Positions 23,697-36,800 of a stretch of 64,000 nucleotides of DNA are shown piece after piece. The notes under the pieces were generated by a model, which worked only from the letters and a program-made list of their open reading frames with translations, did no database searches and was not told the origin of the DNA. This DNA is from Phallusia mammillata (taxonomy: Eukaryota), in assembly GCA_965637545.1 (NCBI GenBank), contig OZ281495.1:23002001-23066000 (forward strand). The letters run 5' to 3'. A program made the translations under genes and the position numbers. Numbering within the stretch: the first letter of the stretch is position 1; each line of letters begins with the position of its first letter.

Positions 23697-24596
23697 ATGG
23701 ATTGGGTAAGCTCAGCTGAAATACGTCACATTTCAAAACTTCCTAAATCCAAAGGCCAGTGTCTGTTAGGTCGACAACTAAGACTAAACATCTCTGATCT
23801 GGATGAAGATTTGCGGTCGGGTGCCTTACTTGACTATTATTATGATGTTATGCAATTTGTTGTTTCTCGTGGTATGCCTTGGCATGAAGTTGCCAATGCA
23901 ATGACATTCGCTAATGACTTTTTCAGAAGCTTCATTCACCTGACCCTCCCAAAGTCTTTGTGTGCATTACGAGAACTGAGTACACAGTATGTTGAGCAGC
24001 AGAAACTTGGGATTGAAAACATGAAAAAGCTTGCACAGTACTTTACAGTGCATGTGTTGGCACACCACAGCCTGTTTCAGTTTGTCTTTTCCAGGGAGCG
24101 TGACTGTAAGAGCAAACACATGTCTCTTGAGGTTCAAGTTTCTGATGCGCCGAAAGAGCTCAGTTTGTCCAAAACACTGAAACTGTGGGAATATGAAAAC
24201 AGAGTCCAAAAAGTCAAGTCAGAAGAGAACAGGAAACAGATGGAGCTTAATAAAGAAAGGGATTTGGCAAAGGAGAAAACCCAAGCCGTGGAAAAAGAAA
24301 TTGAACATCAGCTTGCGAAAAAAGAAGAAGTTGGGGAAGTGGATGTGAAATCAATGACTGAGTTTCTCTCTGCTTTGACTGCAGAGGAAGTGAATCTGGT
24401 CCATGATGAAGTTGGTTTTGAAATCAAGAAGATGAAGCAAGCTGCTGAGATTGCTGCTGATCTTCAAGCCATTCCCATTCCACCTGAACTGCAAAATAGC
24501 ACACAAAAGTTACCATCGAAAACTCAAATGAAGGTGAAATCATCTGCTGGATCTCGCAAGTCATCTGGCAAGGGGTCTCCAAGAAAAAAGAAGTAG
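23697..24596 (+). CDS. C8orf74: CLAMP-domain (C1a-32-like) protein, C8orf74-like; intronless CDS, 299 aa
   Basis: Single 299-aa ORF. Motifs RSGALLDYYYDVMQFVVSRGMPWHEV and YFTVHVLAHHSLFQFVF resemble C8orf74/CABCOCO1 (RRSILLDTLYESIIFAVGKGFPWVEV ... HYKLYQYVL); C-terminal coiled coil and basic tail. Confidence 0.75.
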   Translation: MDWVSSAEIRHISKLPKSKGQCLLGRQLRLNISDLDEDLRSGALLDYYYDVMQFVVSRGMPWHEVANAMTFANDFFRSFIHLTLPKSLCALRELSTQYVEQQKLGIENMKKLAQYFTVHVLAHHSLFQFVFSRERDCKSKHMSLEVQVSDAPKELSLSKTLKLWEYENRVQKVKSEENRKQMELNKERDLAKEKTQAVEKEIEHQLAKKEEVGEVDVKSMTEFLSALTAEEVNLVHDEVGFEIKKMKQAAEIAADLQAIPIPPELQNSTQKLPSKTQMKVKSSAGSRKSSGKGSPRKKK

Positions 24597-24842
24597 CGGA
24601 CATTTGCTGTCAAGTGCTCTGTTTTTTTTTAAGTTGTCATATTTTGTACATTTTTTACATAATTTGGTCATGAACACACTGTGAAAATGATTATTATTCT
24701 GTGAGATTGAAAATGTTTCATTTGTGCTCATTTAAAGTTTCATATTTTTGTGTAGATTCTACATTCAGCCAAATATTCATTATGCTTGGTATCATACAGT
24801 TAATTGTTTAATATAGAAAATTGTGTGTGCAAGCCAAAAATA

Positions 24843-27800
24843 ATGAACAGGGCTCGTGAGCGGGATGAAAGCACAAGCAGCAGTGGAAATGTGTCTGTTG
24901 CCTCCGTTGGTGGAGGGCGAAAAAGAAACAAAAATCAAGCCAATAAGGTTTGTGTTGACTTTTTTCAGCAAGTCCCAACAGCACAGCTAAACTGCTTGTA
25001 TTAAGTGTTGCTCATCAAGAAGTGTGTGTAATGGTTTTGTTTTTGACCGCTATTTTGTCTTCTAGCCTCCCAATCCAGTGACGGTGGAAAAAGTTCGAAT
25101 GATCATGGAACAAGAAGGTCGAAGTGCAAGAAATCTTGTATCTTGGAGTATTCCTCTTGACACTTATCTTTCGAAGGGTAGGTACCAGAGCTAAGTTTGG
25201 GTGTGTTGCAGCAAAATTGATTTAACTTGAGATATTTGTTACAGCCAAACCTTCCAAAACATCACGCCATCGAAATCAAAGCAAAAGAGCACAATCTTGT
25301 GAAAGTGCTTTGAGAAAAATAAATGCTGAGCCTAAAGAAAAATATGTTGAGAGGTCATATTCAGGTGAAACTTGATGAAACAAATTAACATATTCTAATT
25401 TGTGCTGTTTTATTACACATTTTAAACACAACCAACAAATTTTAATCTTTTAATCTGTAAAAAGTCATGTAAGGTACTGTTATAAGTTACAAATCAAATC
25501 ACTTTTATTTTTTGCTCAAAAGTTGTGATACAGTTTCCCATTTCTGTTTTGTTGTTTGTAGTGCTACACACAAAAAAAGTTTTACATTAAAGGTGACAGA
25601 AAGAAACAGAAGAACCTTCCAAATGAAAGTTTAATGGGACAAGCATCTGGAGGCCCCAGAAAGAATGTCAGTATCAGGGCACGGTACTGGGCATATTTGT
25701 TTGAAAACTTGCGCAGAGCAGTGGATGAGATTTACACAACTTGTGAAGGAGATGCAAGTGTTATGGAATGCAAGGTAGTTGACCAATCATAGTTTGTTTG
25801 CTCCTACTTAAATAAACATTGTCAAACCATGGATAAGTTACTTCAGTAACACCAAATTTCTTTTTAAGGCTCACTGTTGACCCAATGCATGGACTTTGCT
25901 TAAGTCTGATAATAAATAATTTGACTTCCTTTAGACTTGAGTTATCAGTCAAAGGACTTGCACTTGACCAGATGCAATTTAATAAGGCATAGAAAAATAT
26001 GTGCCTTTTGTATTTTGCAGGAAGTTTTGCTTGTGTTGGACAACTATAGACATGATTTCCAAGCTCTTATCAATTGGATCAAACTGCAGGAGCGTCTGGA
26101 CAATGCTGGTATTCATGACAGGTCAGCAGTTTACATGAAGCTGATAAATTAGGTGGCACTTTTTACAAATTCAATAGCTTCTGGTTTGTGTCAAGGGAGA
26201 TTATTCTATAATTTAAAAGTTAAAAAGTTGGCCCTTGGGCTAATGGCAAAGGAATGCAAAGCTACTCAGTAATGATATCACTATTTAAAAATATTAATGC
26301 AAAGTAATGTAATATTAGTCTTGTGAGTGATGTCACTTTGTTTGTGATACAATTGACCATGACAGTGGAGATAATAAATAAGAAAAGCAACTGTGCTAGT
26401 GTTAAAGTTTGATTTAGGTTTAATAAATTACTGCAAACACATAGAAACAAGTGACAATGCACTACAGCTGAGCTTTGAGAAGTGCAGTAGTCGCTGCTTG
26501 ATTCTAAGAACTTAACTAATGAGGTAAATCAATCCATCTCTAAACAATGGTTTATCAAGATTATGTCCTTAAATACACCAATTCCTCTAAATGTGTATGT
26601 CAACTCAAAGTATCATCAAAATGTTTTGTCATGTTTAGACCTACATCTCTGGCATGGGAAGTACGCAAATCATCTCCTGGGCGGCCTCGCCAAAAAGTGA
26701 CGGCCAAAGTGCCAGAAGCATCAGCTGGCAGAATGTCATCACTAACCTCCGACACCAAAATTAACAGGTTGCTTAACTTTTCCAAAGCGGCTGATGTTGC
26801 CTCGCTCAACGCTTCTTCTGCTGTGTGTTTGCCTTCCACAGTAGAGCCAATTAAGGGGTGTGTAGAGCTTGCTTATTCCAATGATACTAACCAATACGCA
26901 ATTTATTGGTGTGTTTATGTTGTTGCATGCTATCATGTTGGGACATTTATATATATATTGGTTTTTATGTTCATGAAGTTAGTTATGGAAAGAGACTTAA
27001 CACATTTTTGCCATTATTTTTGCACGAGCAAGGCAACTCAACATCATTTACTGAAATTTGGATGAAAAATGATAAAATAGGCTTGAATAATTAATATTGT
27101 TGAGCTGTAATCAATTCTAATTGAAACAGTTTGTGTACATTTTATGCTTTTTTGGTTTTTAAGGCAATTTTTTGTTTGAAGTGGATTTGAATTTTGCTTT
27201 TTTGCTTGTAGTTTATGAGTCAGTAATGTGTGGTGGCCATATTTAATTCATTGCATCATGTTGTTTTTGTAAAGTGCAATAATTTTGTCTGGAGGTTAGA
27301 CTCCATATGTTGGCTTGGCTGTAGAAGTTTATTATTGCCCTAAATAACTGATTGCAAATGTAGATGTGTGGCAAACCTCACCTAAGAATGTCATTTCTGT
27401 GCAGCACAACACATGTGATTGGAAATCTAACCATGCAGCATGCAACTGTGACGTGGGCTGACAGAGTCAAAGGCGTTGCTCCTGTTCAAATTGAAGTAAA
27501 ACGAGAAGTTGTTGCCACTGAAAATCTGGATGTTTCTGAAACATATCCCAAACAAAACCCAGCCGATGGTAAATAAAATTTGAATATTATTAAAAAAAAG
27601 AAATATTTTACCCTTGATCAGAATTTCTCTTTTATTTTCTACATTTGTTTCTTTTTTCTTGTAGTTTAGCTTCTATTTTCTCAGGTTTTTTGGTTTGACT
27701 TTTAGTTTGTGTTTCTACCCAACATAGCGATCTTTTTTAAAAATTTCTGCTGTACTGTATCACAATGGTTATCTCAGTTCTCAGTATTATTTTCAGATGA

Positions 27801-30800
27801 TGGTGGTGAATGGGAGACAGTCTCATCACGAACTAGACAGTCCAAGCATTCAAAGAACATCAAGCATGAAGCACAAGTACTAAAAAACATTGCCAACACA
27901 GCAATGCAACATCACACCAAACCCATAAGACTCACACCAGAAAAACCTGCTCCAAAACCAGATACAGGATTTCTGAACCTAGTAGTTGACCATCTCATTG
28001 AATCTGGTTCACCAAAACTAACCAGAGAGCAGTTAAAGACTGAGGTTGACAAGTGTTTGGAAGTAACCCCTGTACAGTTTATGAATGATTGTGATGCAAA
28101 GGAGTCAGATAAGTTTCAACATGATGCCACTGAAAAGTTGACCTTCGCTGGGGATTTTCTGCAAGGTCAAGGTGATGGTCTTTGTGATTTGGATGATGCA
28201 GAAGCACAATTCTTTAAAACTGGTATGTTGCTGTTCTTGTGTGGTCTTACTAAACTTTAATATATAACAGTGTTCTAAGGTTAAAGTCATATATATATAT
28301 ATATCAGTGTTTTTCAACCTTCTTTGAGCCACGGAACACTTTATACTTTAAAATATGTTTGCGGAACACCAAACGAAATTTTGATGCATTGAAAAGTAGA
28401 AACTAGTTACCTAAATACAATATTCGCCTGGCACTGACTTTTCGGTGATTCATCGTTTTCCGCGCAAGCAATTATGTTGAACGTCAGAAAATTTGTTGAA
28501 TCTCGTGTCGACTGAGACAGCGTTTCAATGTTTTTTGTTTTTTTGAAGATCACCCAAAGCTAAATTGCCCCAACGGTCAGCAATTTACCCGCGATTCAGC
28601 TATTTCATTATTAGACAACGAGTCTTAATATTACACAACAATAAGAGAAGCCAATCACTACAAAACATTCCAATCGGGGATGGCGGATAATTATTTTCAT
28701 AAAAGAAAACGCCTATTGTATTAAACCAGTGATATTCGGCCGGTGTTTGACATAAAACACAATTCAAACCATAGAAGTCTAAAGCATTAGAATCCTATAT
28801 TCAAACCAGCAAATTTCTCGCGGAACACCTGACGATCTTTCACGGAACACTAGTGTTCCGCGGAACACCGGTTGAAAATCACTGATATATATATACATAT
28901 ATATGTTCATTGGTTGGAAAAGATTGTTTTTATCTAAAGTTTCATGATTTTAGAAGGTTTCTAGTGCTCTAAAAAAAAGAGACATTGTTATGACCACTTG
29001 CATGCATGGGTCATTAAAATACATTGTACAATTATGGTATCCAGCCATAATTCAAGCATTAGCAAGAATAATTTTACTTCACGTAAATCAAACTAACAAT
29101 CCCAATTTATTTATTTAAACAATTATGTTTGTTTGTAAACACAAAATTGTTATACATTTTTTACTATTATTGTTATGATTTTTGTGTAGTACAAGATGAA
29201 AATGCTAAAGTTCCGGAACAGGATAAAACACTTGACGAGCTGCCTACCCTTGAAAACTCTTCAAAACCTGTAAGTAACATTGTTTATCATATTCGTTAAT
29301 ACACACTATCACTTTTTTATTTTGGTAATAGATTATTAAACCTGATTTGGTTACCATGGAACAACTGAAGCAACATGACGAGTCGATCGCAGCAGCTGAG
29401 GAACAGGAGAGAGATTTGAGAAGACAAATCCAGGAAGTGGAGGAAGGTAAACCTGGGGGAAGAGACACACCTGAAATTGAAACTGACAGTGTAAGTTGAT
29501 GTTAATACACAGACTTGTTTAAACAAATCTATCAATACAAATCTGCTTTGGGTTTGGCAATGTCATGTGGTAACCAGCCAAAGTATTAACAGACAGGCAA
29601 TGTTGGTGTGGACTTGTCACACAGCTACAAAGAAAAGCATTGTCATGACATTCAAATGATTTAGTCGTTGAAGCTTTATCATTGTCTTTACACTTTTACA
29701 AACTAAAAGTAAAATATGGTTAAATTCTGTATGTGATATGTTAAACTGATAGTGATATACATTTGTCTGCAATCTGAATTATAGTTAATGGTATTGGTGG
29801 GTCATGTGTTTGATGAAGTGTTACAATTAGGGAGTGTAAATGCTTGAATTAAAAAATATATTTGTAGTTTATTAAACTAGTTGAATTCATTGTGTTTTCT
29901 GTACAGGAAAGTGCAAGAAGCAGTATGGGAGCAAAAGATATTGGACAACTGGACAAGACTACCAATGGTCCTCTTGAGTGGTCGGAATTTCTTGCAAGAT
30001 ATGATTGTATGTTTTTGTTAATGCTTTAGTAACAGCATACATAAAGATATGAGTGTTAAAAAAGTATCCATTTTGTTGAAACAGACACAGAAATGGGACA
30101 TAATAGCTGGTGTGAATTGGTGGAAGAGGAAGAATTGCGTGAACCTGGACGTGCAGTGCAAATGCATGAAAAACTCTCATCACCATCAAGAAAGAGGTAA
30201 CAAAAAAATTCACACAAATAAAAAGCCTTTTTCATGATTAAGAAAAATGTTAAAACAACATGTAAGTCCAAAATTCAGGAATGGGAGCAGTCATCTGAAA
30301 ATTTTGAAAGAATAGGTTTTTATCCGGAATAAGACATTACTCTCCGTTTGGAATGAATTAAGGAATAGACCCCTAAACTCTTTTACTCCATCAGTCTGTT
30401 ACGCTGATTATTTCCAATCAGAAGCTTTTCCGTCACTCAAATAATATGTTGTGTTGCAGTAAACGTCATACAGTCATCCTGTAACAAATTACGAGTTACC
30501 TAAGGTGGGCGCCAACTCCCTGAATTGAAAGCCTGGTGTTATCAAATATGTTTTACAGAAATACAGATTAACTTAAACATTAATAAACATTTCAATTCGA
30601 CTTAAACAATATACTTTAGGCTTAACGTTTTTTAAACTAGTATTTATTTTATCAACCAGCTGGTTGTTGGATTGTCAGTATAATTTTTTATCTCAAAAAA
30701 TGCGTAAACGTAACTTAGAAAATATCGAAAGATTTTATGTCTTGAAATCATTAGAACTCCAGCCGAGTCGAAGCGCAAACTGGAGGAAAAACATCGAAAG

Positions 30801-33800
30801 GCGGAAGCTCGTCGTTTGCAGATGCAGGAAGAAAAAACTCATCGCATTCACGAACTGACCGAGAAGGTTCAGGAGGTTGTAAGTTGGAAGAACGATCTCA
30901 TCCAACGCCAGAAACTTCTGCTGCAAAGTTACCACGATGTAAGTTATGTTCGATTTCTACGCTGATGATGACGTGAGCATTTGCCGAAACGTTTGGTTAA
31001 TAAAGCGTGTTTCTTTTAACTTGTTTTTGCAATTATCACCCAAAACTCGATTTTTTTCCTTGATTTCAAAGTTTTTCACTTTTTGTTCTTGACGATTTAA
31101 TAATGTAGATTTATAAATCTTGAAGGTTTGTTGGGTAACAAGTACTTCCAAAAACTTGGTAGGTTATTGGGTGAAAAAAATAATTGTTGACAACCAACAT
31201 ATAGAGTATGTTCTTATTTTCAGGAAAAGCTCGCCCGTGCTGAAGAGATGCGAGCAATGCAGTTGCTCAACATAAAGAAGAAAGCACAAGCCGAGGATAC
31301 AAAAGTCAACGAAATTGCTTTCATCAATGAATTACAGGTATCTACCTATCTCAACCATTGGTTTTCATTCTTTTCATCATTGTGGGCACTTGTCCGAAAT
31401 CATAACTTCTTTGTTTTTGACACCATTAAGTTTCTTGGTGACAAACACAGAGTTTGAGATAGCGGTTAGTTTTGTGAAAAAAACGCTGGTAACGGGAATA
31501 AAACGTTTGGTAATTCTTACCTTGATCAAACATCTGACAGCACGCATCATCAACCTATCAGTATCTTGCATTATATATGTCGATGTTTGGTACCGAGTAC
31601 TAACGTAATTGGTTTGCTTCACCTTAAAACACAAAAATCAAATCAAAAAGCCCGAATAACCAGCCAATACAAATTTCTCCTTGTTGGACAATTGGTTTTC
31701 AATTTCAGGAACAGAATAAACGTCACGAGGTGTTGATGCGCATCGGTGAACACGAGGCTCGTATGCAGGAAATTGAAATGGAGAGATCAAAGCAGATGGA
31801 AATGAAAAATGCAAAAGAAGAAATATTTAAAGTAATCTTACCATTAAAGCACTTAGTAAACGTAACGTTGTTGGCTTTTCATTTCTATATTAATTTTAAA
31901 CTGTTTTATACAAAATAACTGTAGATTCGTACACTTCTTCGTTGCAAATTTTGTTTCTTTTTGGACGTTGTCTCGAAAATTATGCTTCCAATACCTTATT
32001 TTTTACCAGGAGCGCAGGAGAGCGCTTGAGAAGGAGCGTCAGGAGCGAATAGAAGAGCTCAAAGTGAAGAGGAAAGAGCAAGATGCGAGAATCGAACAAC
32101 AGAAAATCGAAAAAGAAAAAGAACGAGAAAAGATAGCAAAGGAACGGGCAAGGTGGGATCTTTCGAATTTTCATGTGCCTGTATATTGGGAAAAGTTTGA
32201 AGTTATCATCATTGATTTGCAGAGACCGAGAATTGCGATTGTCCGCTCGCAACGCAGCCCAACAAGAAGCCGTCACCGAATTGCAAAAGAAAATCCAACT
32301 TAAGGTATGAGTATATACGTTTTTGTCGAAAATAAACAAAGTACTGCTTGTGGTCTGTTGATCTGTTCCAGCAAGTTGTACGACATACATTGGCGAAACT
32401 ATAGCAAAACCATTGGGAGTACCTGTGGTAAAGTTATGTTAACTTTTCTGTTTTGCTAGAGAAAAATTATCTCAATCTGAAATATATCCATTTGCTCATT
32501 TGGATATATTGCTCACAAAGAGATTACCAGTAGTCTGCACATTCGCAGTTTTGAAATTAATCACTTTGTTTATAAACAAAATCCAGTACAGTTCTGGCAA
32601 TATACATCCACGTCTTATACTTTAAATTTAACGTTAGTACTTGGGTCTTGCAACGTTTTTTTTTTTATTTTAGCACGACGAGAGCGAACGTCGCCACCAG
32701 GAGCAACTTGAACACAGGAAGGAGAAAGCTGTTGAACTGAGTCTCGGTCGTTTTTCCACAAATCCTGCTCCTGGTGTTGCCATGACACCATGTCCTGGTG
32801 CTGCAAGCATCCCAGTCCCTTCCAGACTCAGGTATACTCTAATTAGAGGATATGTTATTCAACCAAACAAAACCATCTTCGTCTGTTATCGCAACTACAT
32901 TATACATATAAATATTTAATTGTATTTGAACGGTTTGTACCTTGGCAGTCTTCAAACCATATTCAGGACTTATGCAATTTGACCACAAAGTTTGACCACA
33001 TTTTGACGGGTAGTTAGGTTTTGTAATACCATTTAACACAAGTTGGCCCGATGTATCTTCACTTATATTGAGAATAAATAACGTTCCTGTAAGTAAACTT
33101 TAGATCACAACGTATACATGTTGCGGAGTTCAAGGAAATTTTTATAAACTTAAAAGCTTCTAAGCAAGTATCCTTTGGCAACACCTACCTGAAGCCACTG
33201 CCAACCATATTTGATGCCGATTTCTATTTGTAGCACTGGAACAAGTGAAGGAGACGGCGTCAATGTAAGTTTGATTGGAGAAGAAACAGTTGCTGTACAA
33301 TATGACAGGTGGGTTAATATATCTTACTCTTGCCGCCATATTAAACTCTTAGCTGTGCGGTTACTCTAACCAAATTCATTGTTTTCAGGGTTTCTCAGAT
33401 ATCCATCCAGGGAAAAGGCGACGCTATCGAGCCCTCTAGCGCTTCGCGTGGTAGCACAAATACTTCGCCGAGGTCCCACATCGATGAATGCAAAGTATTT
33501 GAACTTTTTTAGAATTTTTAACATCTTTGCAAACTTCTTATTTTTTTGCTTGGTAGGCGTTGAAAGAGGAAGCAGAACGACTCAAGGAACGACAAAAAAC
33601 GATGAGAAAACGAGCCAAGAAATTGAGGATTCGAATGGCTGCAAGGTAAAATATTTATTAAGAGTTTGTTTTATCATGGTTCCAAAGAAGAGTTTATACC
33701 AGGGTCTTAACTCTGTTTTCTAGGATACATTTTTAACTTGATATTGTTGACTCAAAAAAAGTGGAGCAGTTGCATTGTAAAAATTTGAAGCACGTTTTTC

Positions 33801-36800
33801 TAAGCCATTTCAACAATTTTGGTTTTTTAACGTTAAACAATTCTCAAAAAAGGATAAAGGTCGAATTATTTTACATAATTTTGAAAATGGAAGTTGATAT
33901 CGTATTTGTTTCGTATGTGTGTGGAATGAAAGCTGACCTTAAAATATTTGTCCAAACTTTTGCAGGGGTAAAGAATTTTTAAAGCGAGTCGAGTTAAAAG
34001 CTCCAACATTAAACGGAACCAACAAAACCAAGTAAGTTTTAATAGCAAAAGCCCTCTTTCTATCTCATGAACAACTATTTACCTTCTATCTTAACAACAG
34101 GGTGGTCCGACTCATCAAAGACGCAAACCGTCAACTGACCAATCAGAAGGAGTGCAGTGGACCGTGGCCAGCCAATCGCGTCACCGCATTCGATCGAACA
34201 CTGGGCGAGATTGTTCGCTGTCTTGAGAAAGAGGTTTGATAAAACAATTTTCCACATAAAATCTGCCATTCGCATTCCTTGATTTGACCCTTAGGTTCAA
34301 ATTGCTCTTATTCTTAAGAGAAAGTGACAGATCAGATTAAGGGGTTTAGAGATGATTGCTCATGGCGCCGATTGCCTGGAGAAAATTCCCGACGTCTTGA
34401 GCGTTGTTTACAGTTGGCGCTTCGCATTTCGCCGGTGTTTGGCTTAAATAGGCATAAATATGTGATCGACCTGCAGCGTTCAAAGTCGTCCAGGTCTAGA
34501 GTTGTCTGTATAATGATCGAAGCAACCAAACCCGTTGCGTTAATTTTGAGCCCTTGTTTATTTTGCTGTCTGGTTTGCGATGATTTGTTTTCCGGGTGGC
34601 TACCCCCTCCCCCTTGGTTGCTTTTGCAGGATGTACCCCCATCGTTGCCCCATACCCCCAACCAAGTCAACATCATCCCACTCGAAAAACACCAGTAGTA
34701 ATACCCATACCTATGTATGTCAATCAGATGTCACTTATGCTTTAAGATTCTTTGTCATGATCTTATTGGTTACGTTTTTGGTCACAAATGTCGCGTACAG
34801 CCATTGTTTAACAAGACAGACAGTTTTTTTTCTGTGATGTGGAGCACCTGCTTTAATGTTGTATATAAATAGAACAATTGGCCCAATTCTCTTCCTTTAT
34901 ATTGATCGGATTCTTTTAGCCACTTTCCCTCCCGGGTCGGCATTGAAAAGGATTAACATTTTCCAAGCCCACCTCACATGGAGTGGCGGAAATAATTGCT
35001 TCTTCGGTTTCAACCATCACCTGTCTCCGTTCGATTCGATCTACGTCCGATGCCCCCCTGCGTTTACGTTCCGTGCTAATTGCGGTTTAGTCCCAGTGTC
35101 TCTCGAAGACCTTATATGACCAAACTCCAGCTAGCTGTGCTTGAGGCTGAACGTGATTCATCTTTTTTAGGGCCTGTTTCCAGCTATTTTTGCTGCGCTT
35201 GATCCCAACGAGAGTTGAGCCCCGATCATGTTTTAGGGTGCTTTGGGTATCTTGTGTACAGCTGACGATTTTTTTTCGTAAACGTTTTTTATTATTTGGC
35301 GTTCATAAAAAAGGAAATTTTGCGAAACAGAATTTTTTTGAATACTAACATATGAATGTAACATTTCTCAGCTGATAATTTTAGCGCACTTAAATTAGTC
35401 TGTATTTCTTATTAAAAACCACTGCGGATATCGATTTTGCCCACAAAATGGCATCGTTTAAAATGATAAAAATATAACTTAAATAACTCGAATCGTCTGT
35501 TGAGCATCCGTGGATTAGGACGATTTTTGTATTAGTACATCTTTATTAATGTAACTTGTTACAACATTCACTTGAAATTTATATGTTCTACCACAGGCTG
35601 CAACAGACCAATCAGCGTTTAGAATCGGAGGAGGCTTTGAAATGCTAGAAAGAATTTTCGAGATTTATTTCCGCGGGGATTCAAACCCTGATTTGCCGGC
35701 AATCTTGCCAGACAGGTTTGCAAATGCAATGCTACAATTTGTTTGTACATTTCTGTATTGCATGTTCTAAATGAACGTTTTGCTTGTTAAGGTTACTTGG
35801 CAACGCTGCCTCCTGCTTTCGATTTGCGTGCGCCGGTAACCATGACAACTGTGTGTATGCTGTGTATTCAAACCGTGTGATGGGTTTGGTTGATGCCCTT
35901 CTGCCGCAAATATCAGTAAGTTGATATGATAACAACATAAACATCTGTAAAACTCTTTTCTACGCCCTAAACTATACTTTTGACAAACATTGAATTGTAT
36001 ACATTTATTGTGTTTTTTTTTGGTTCAAAAACATGCTTTTTCAGAAAAATGAGGTAAATAAGTGGTCACAATAACAGCGAAAAACGTCTGTAAAACTTTT
36101 TTCAACGTTCTAAATTACAACTTTTAACAAACATTTCAAGTACATTTTATTCAGCCATTTTAGTCAAAGCACTTTTTATCAGAAAAATGAGGTCGGAGAA
36201 GCGACAAAATCAAACACACCACGTGCTGCACCTGCCAGCCAATCAAAGAAAACCACGTCGTCTTTGCCGAAGGTTGACAACATGTTTGACCCGGCATCAC
36301 CATCATTACTTCGTGCCCTTGCTGTCACTCTAAGCATGATGGCTGGCAATCCACCTACTGAAGAATCTGTAAAGCCAAAGTGGGTCGTTTGACTTTGTTT
36401 AATTTATTGATTTAAGAAATTATTTTGCTGCTTTGTCTGAAAAGTTTATTGCCCCTAAGACGATTGCACAAGAAAACAACAACCTTGATTACTTTTGAAA
36501 TCTTAAATTGGTATGAATGGATGACTAAATGTGTTTGTAAATCTGAATCAGTAGCTAATCAGTTTTCTTTTTATATTTCTCACCCGAAGAATGTCAAATT
36601 TACCACTAGATTTGAAAAACCCCACGGCAAATTATTTGGGGGAAATTGTTACTTAAACGTGAGCAACTCCGTTTTTGTTCAATTTTTTCTGCAGCTCATG
36701 TTAAACAACATTTTCCGTACAGAAGCTTATGACAACAACCCGATGTTTATTTTAATTTCCAGAAGCAAATCATTTACTCAAATGATTCCGGCGCCGAACA

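Noticed and set aside
33104-33167. Third phase 2-to-0 exon candidate (SQRIHVAEFKEIF...)
   Set aside because: Acceptor lacks a pyrimidine tract and overlaps the previous donor region; weak donor.
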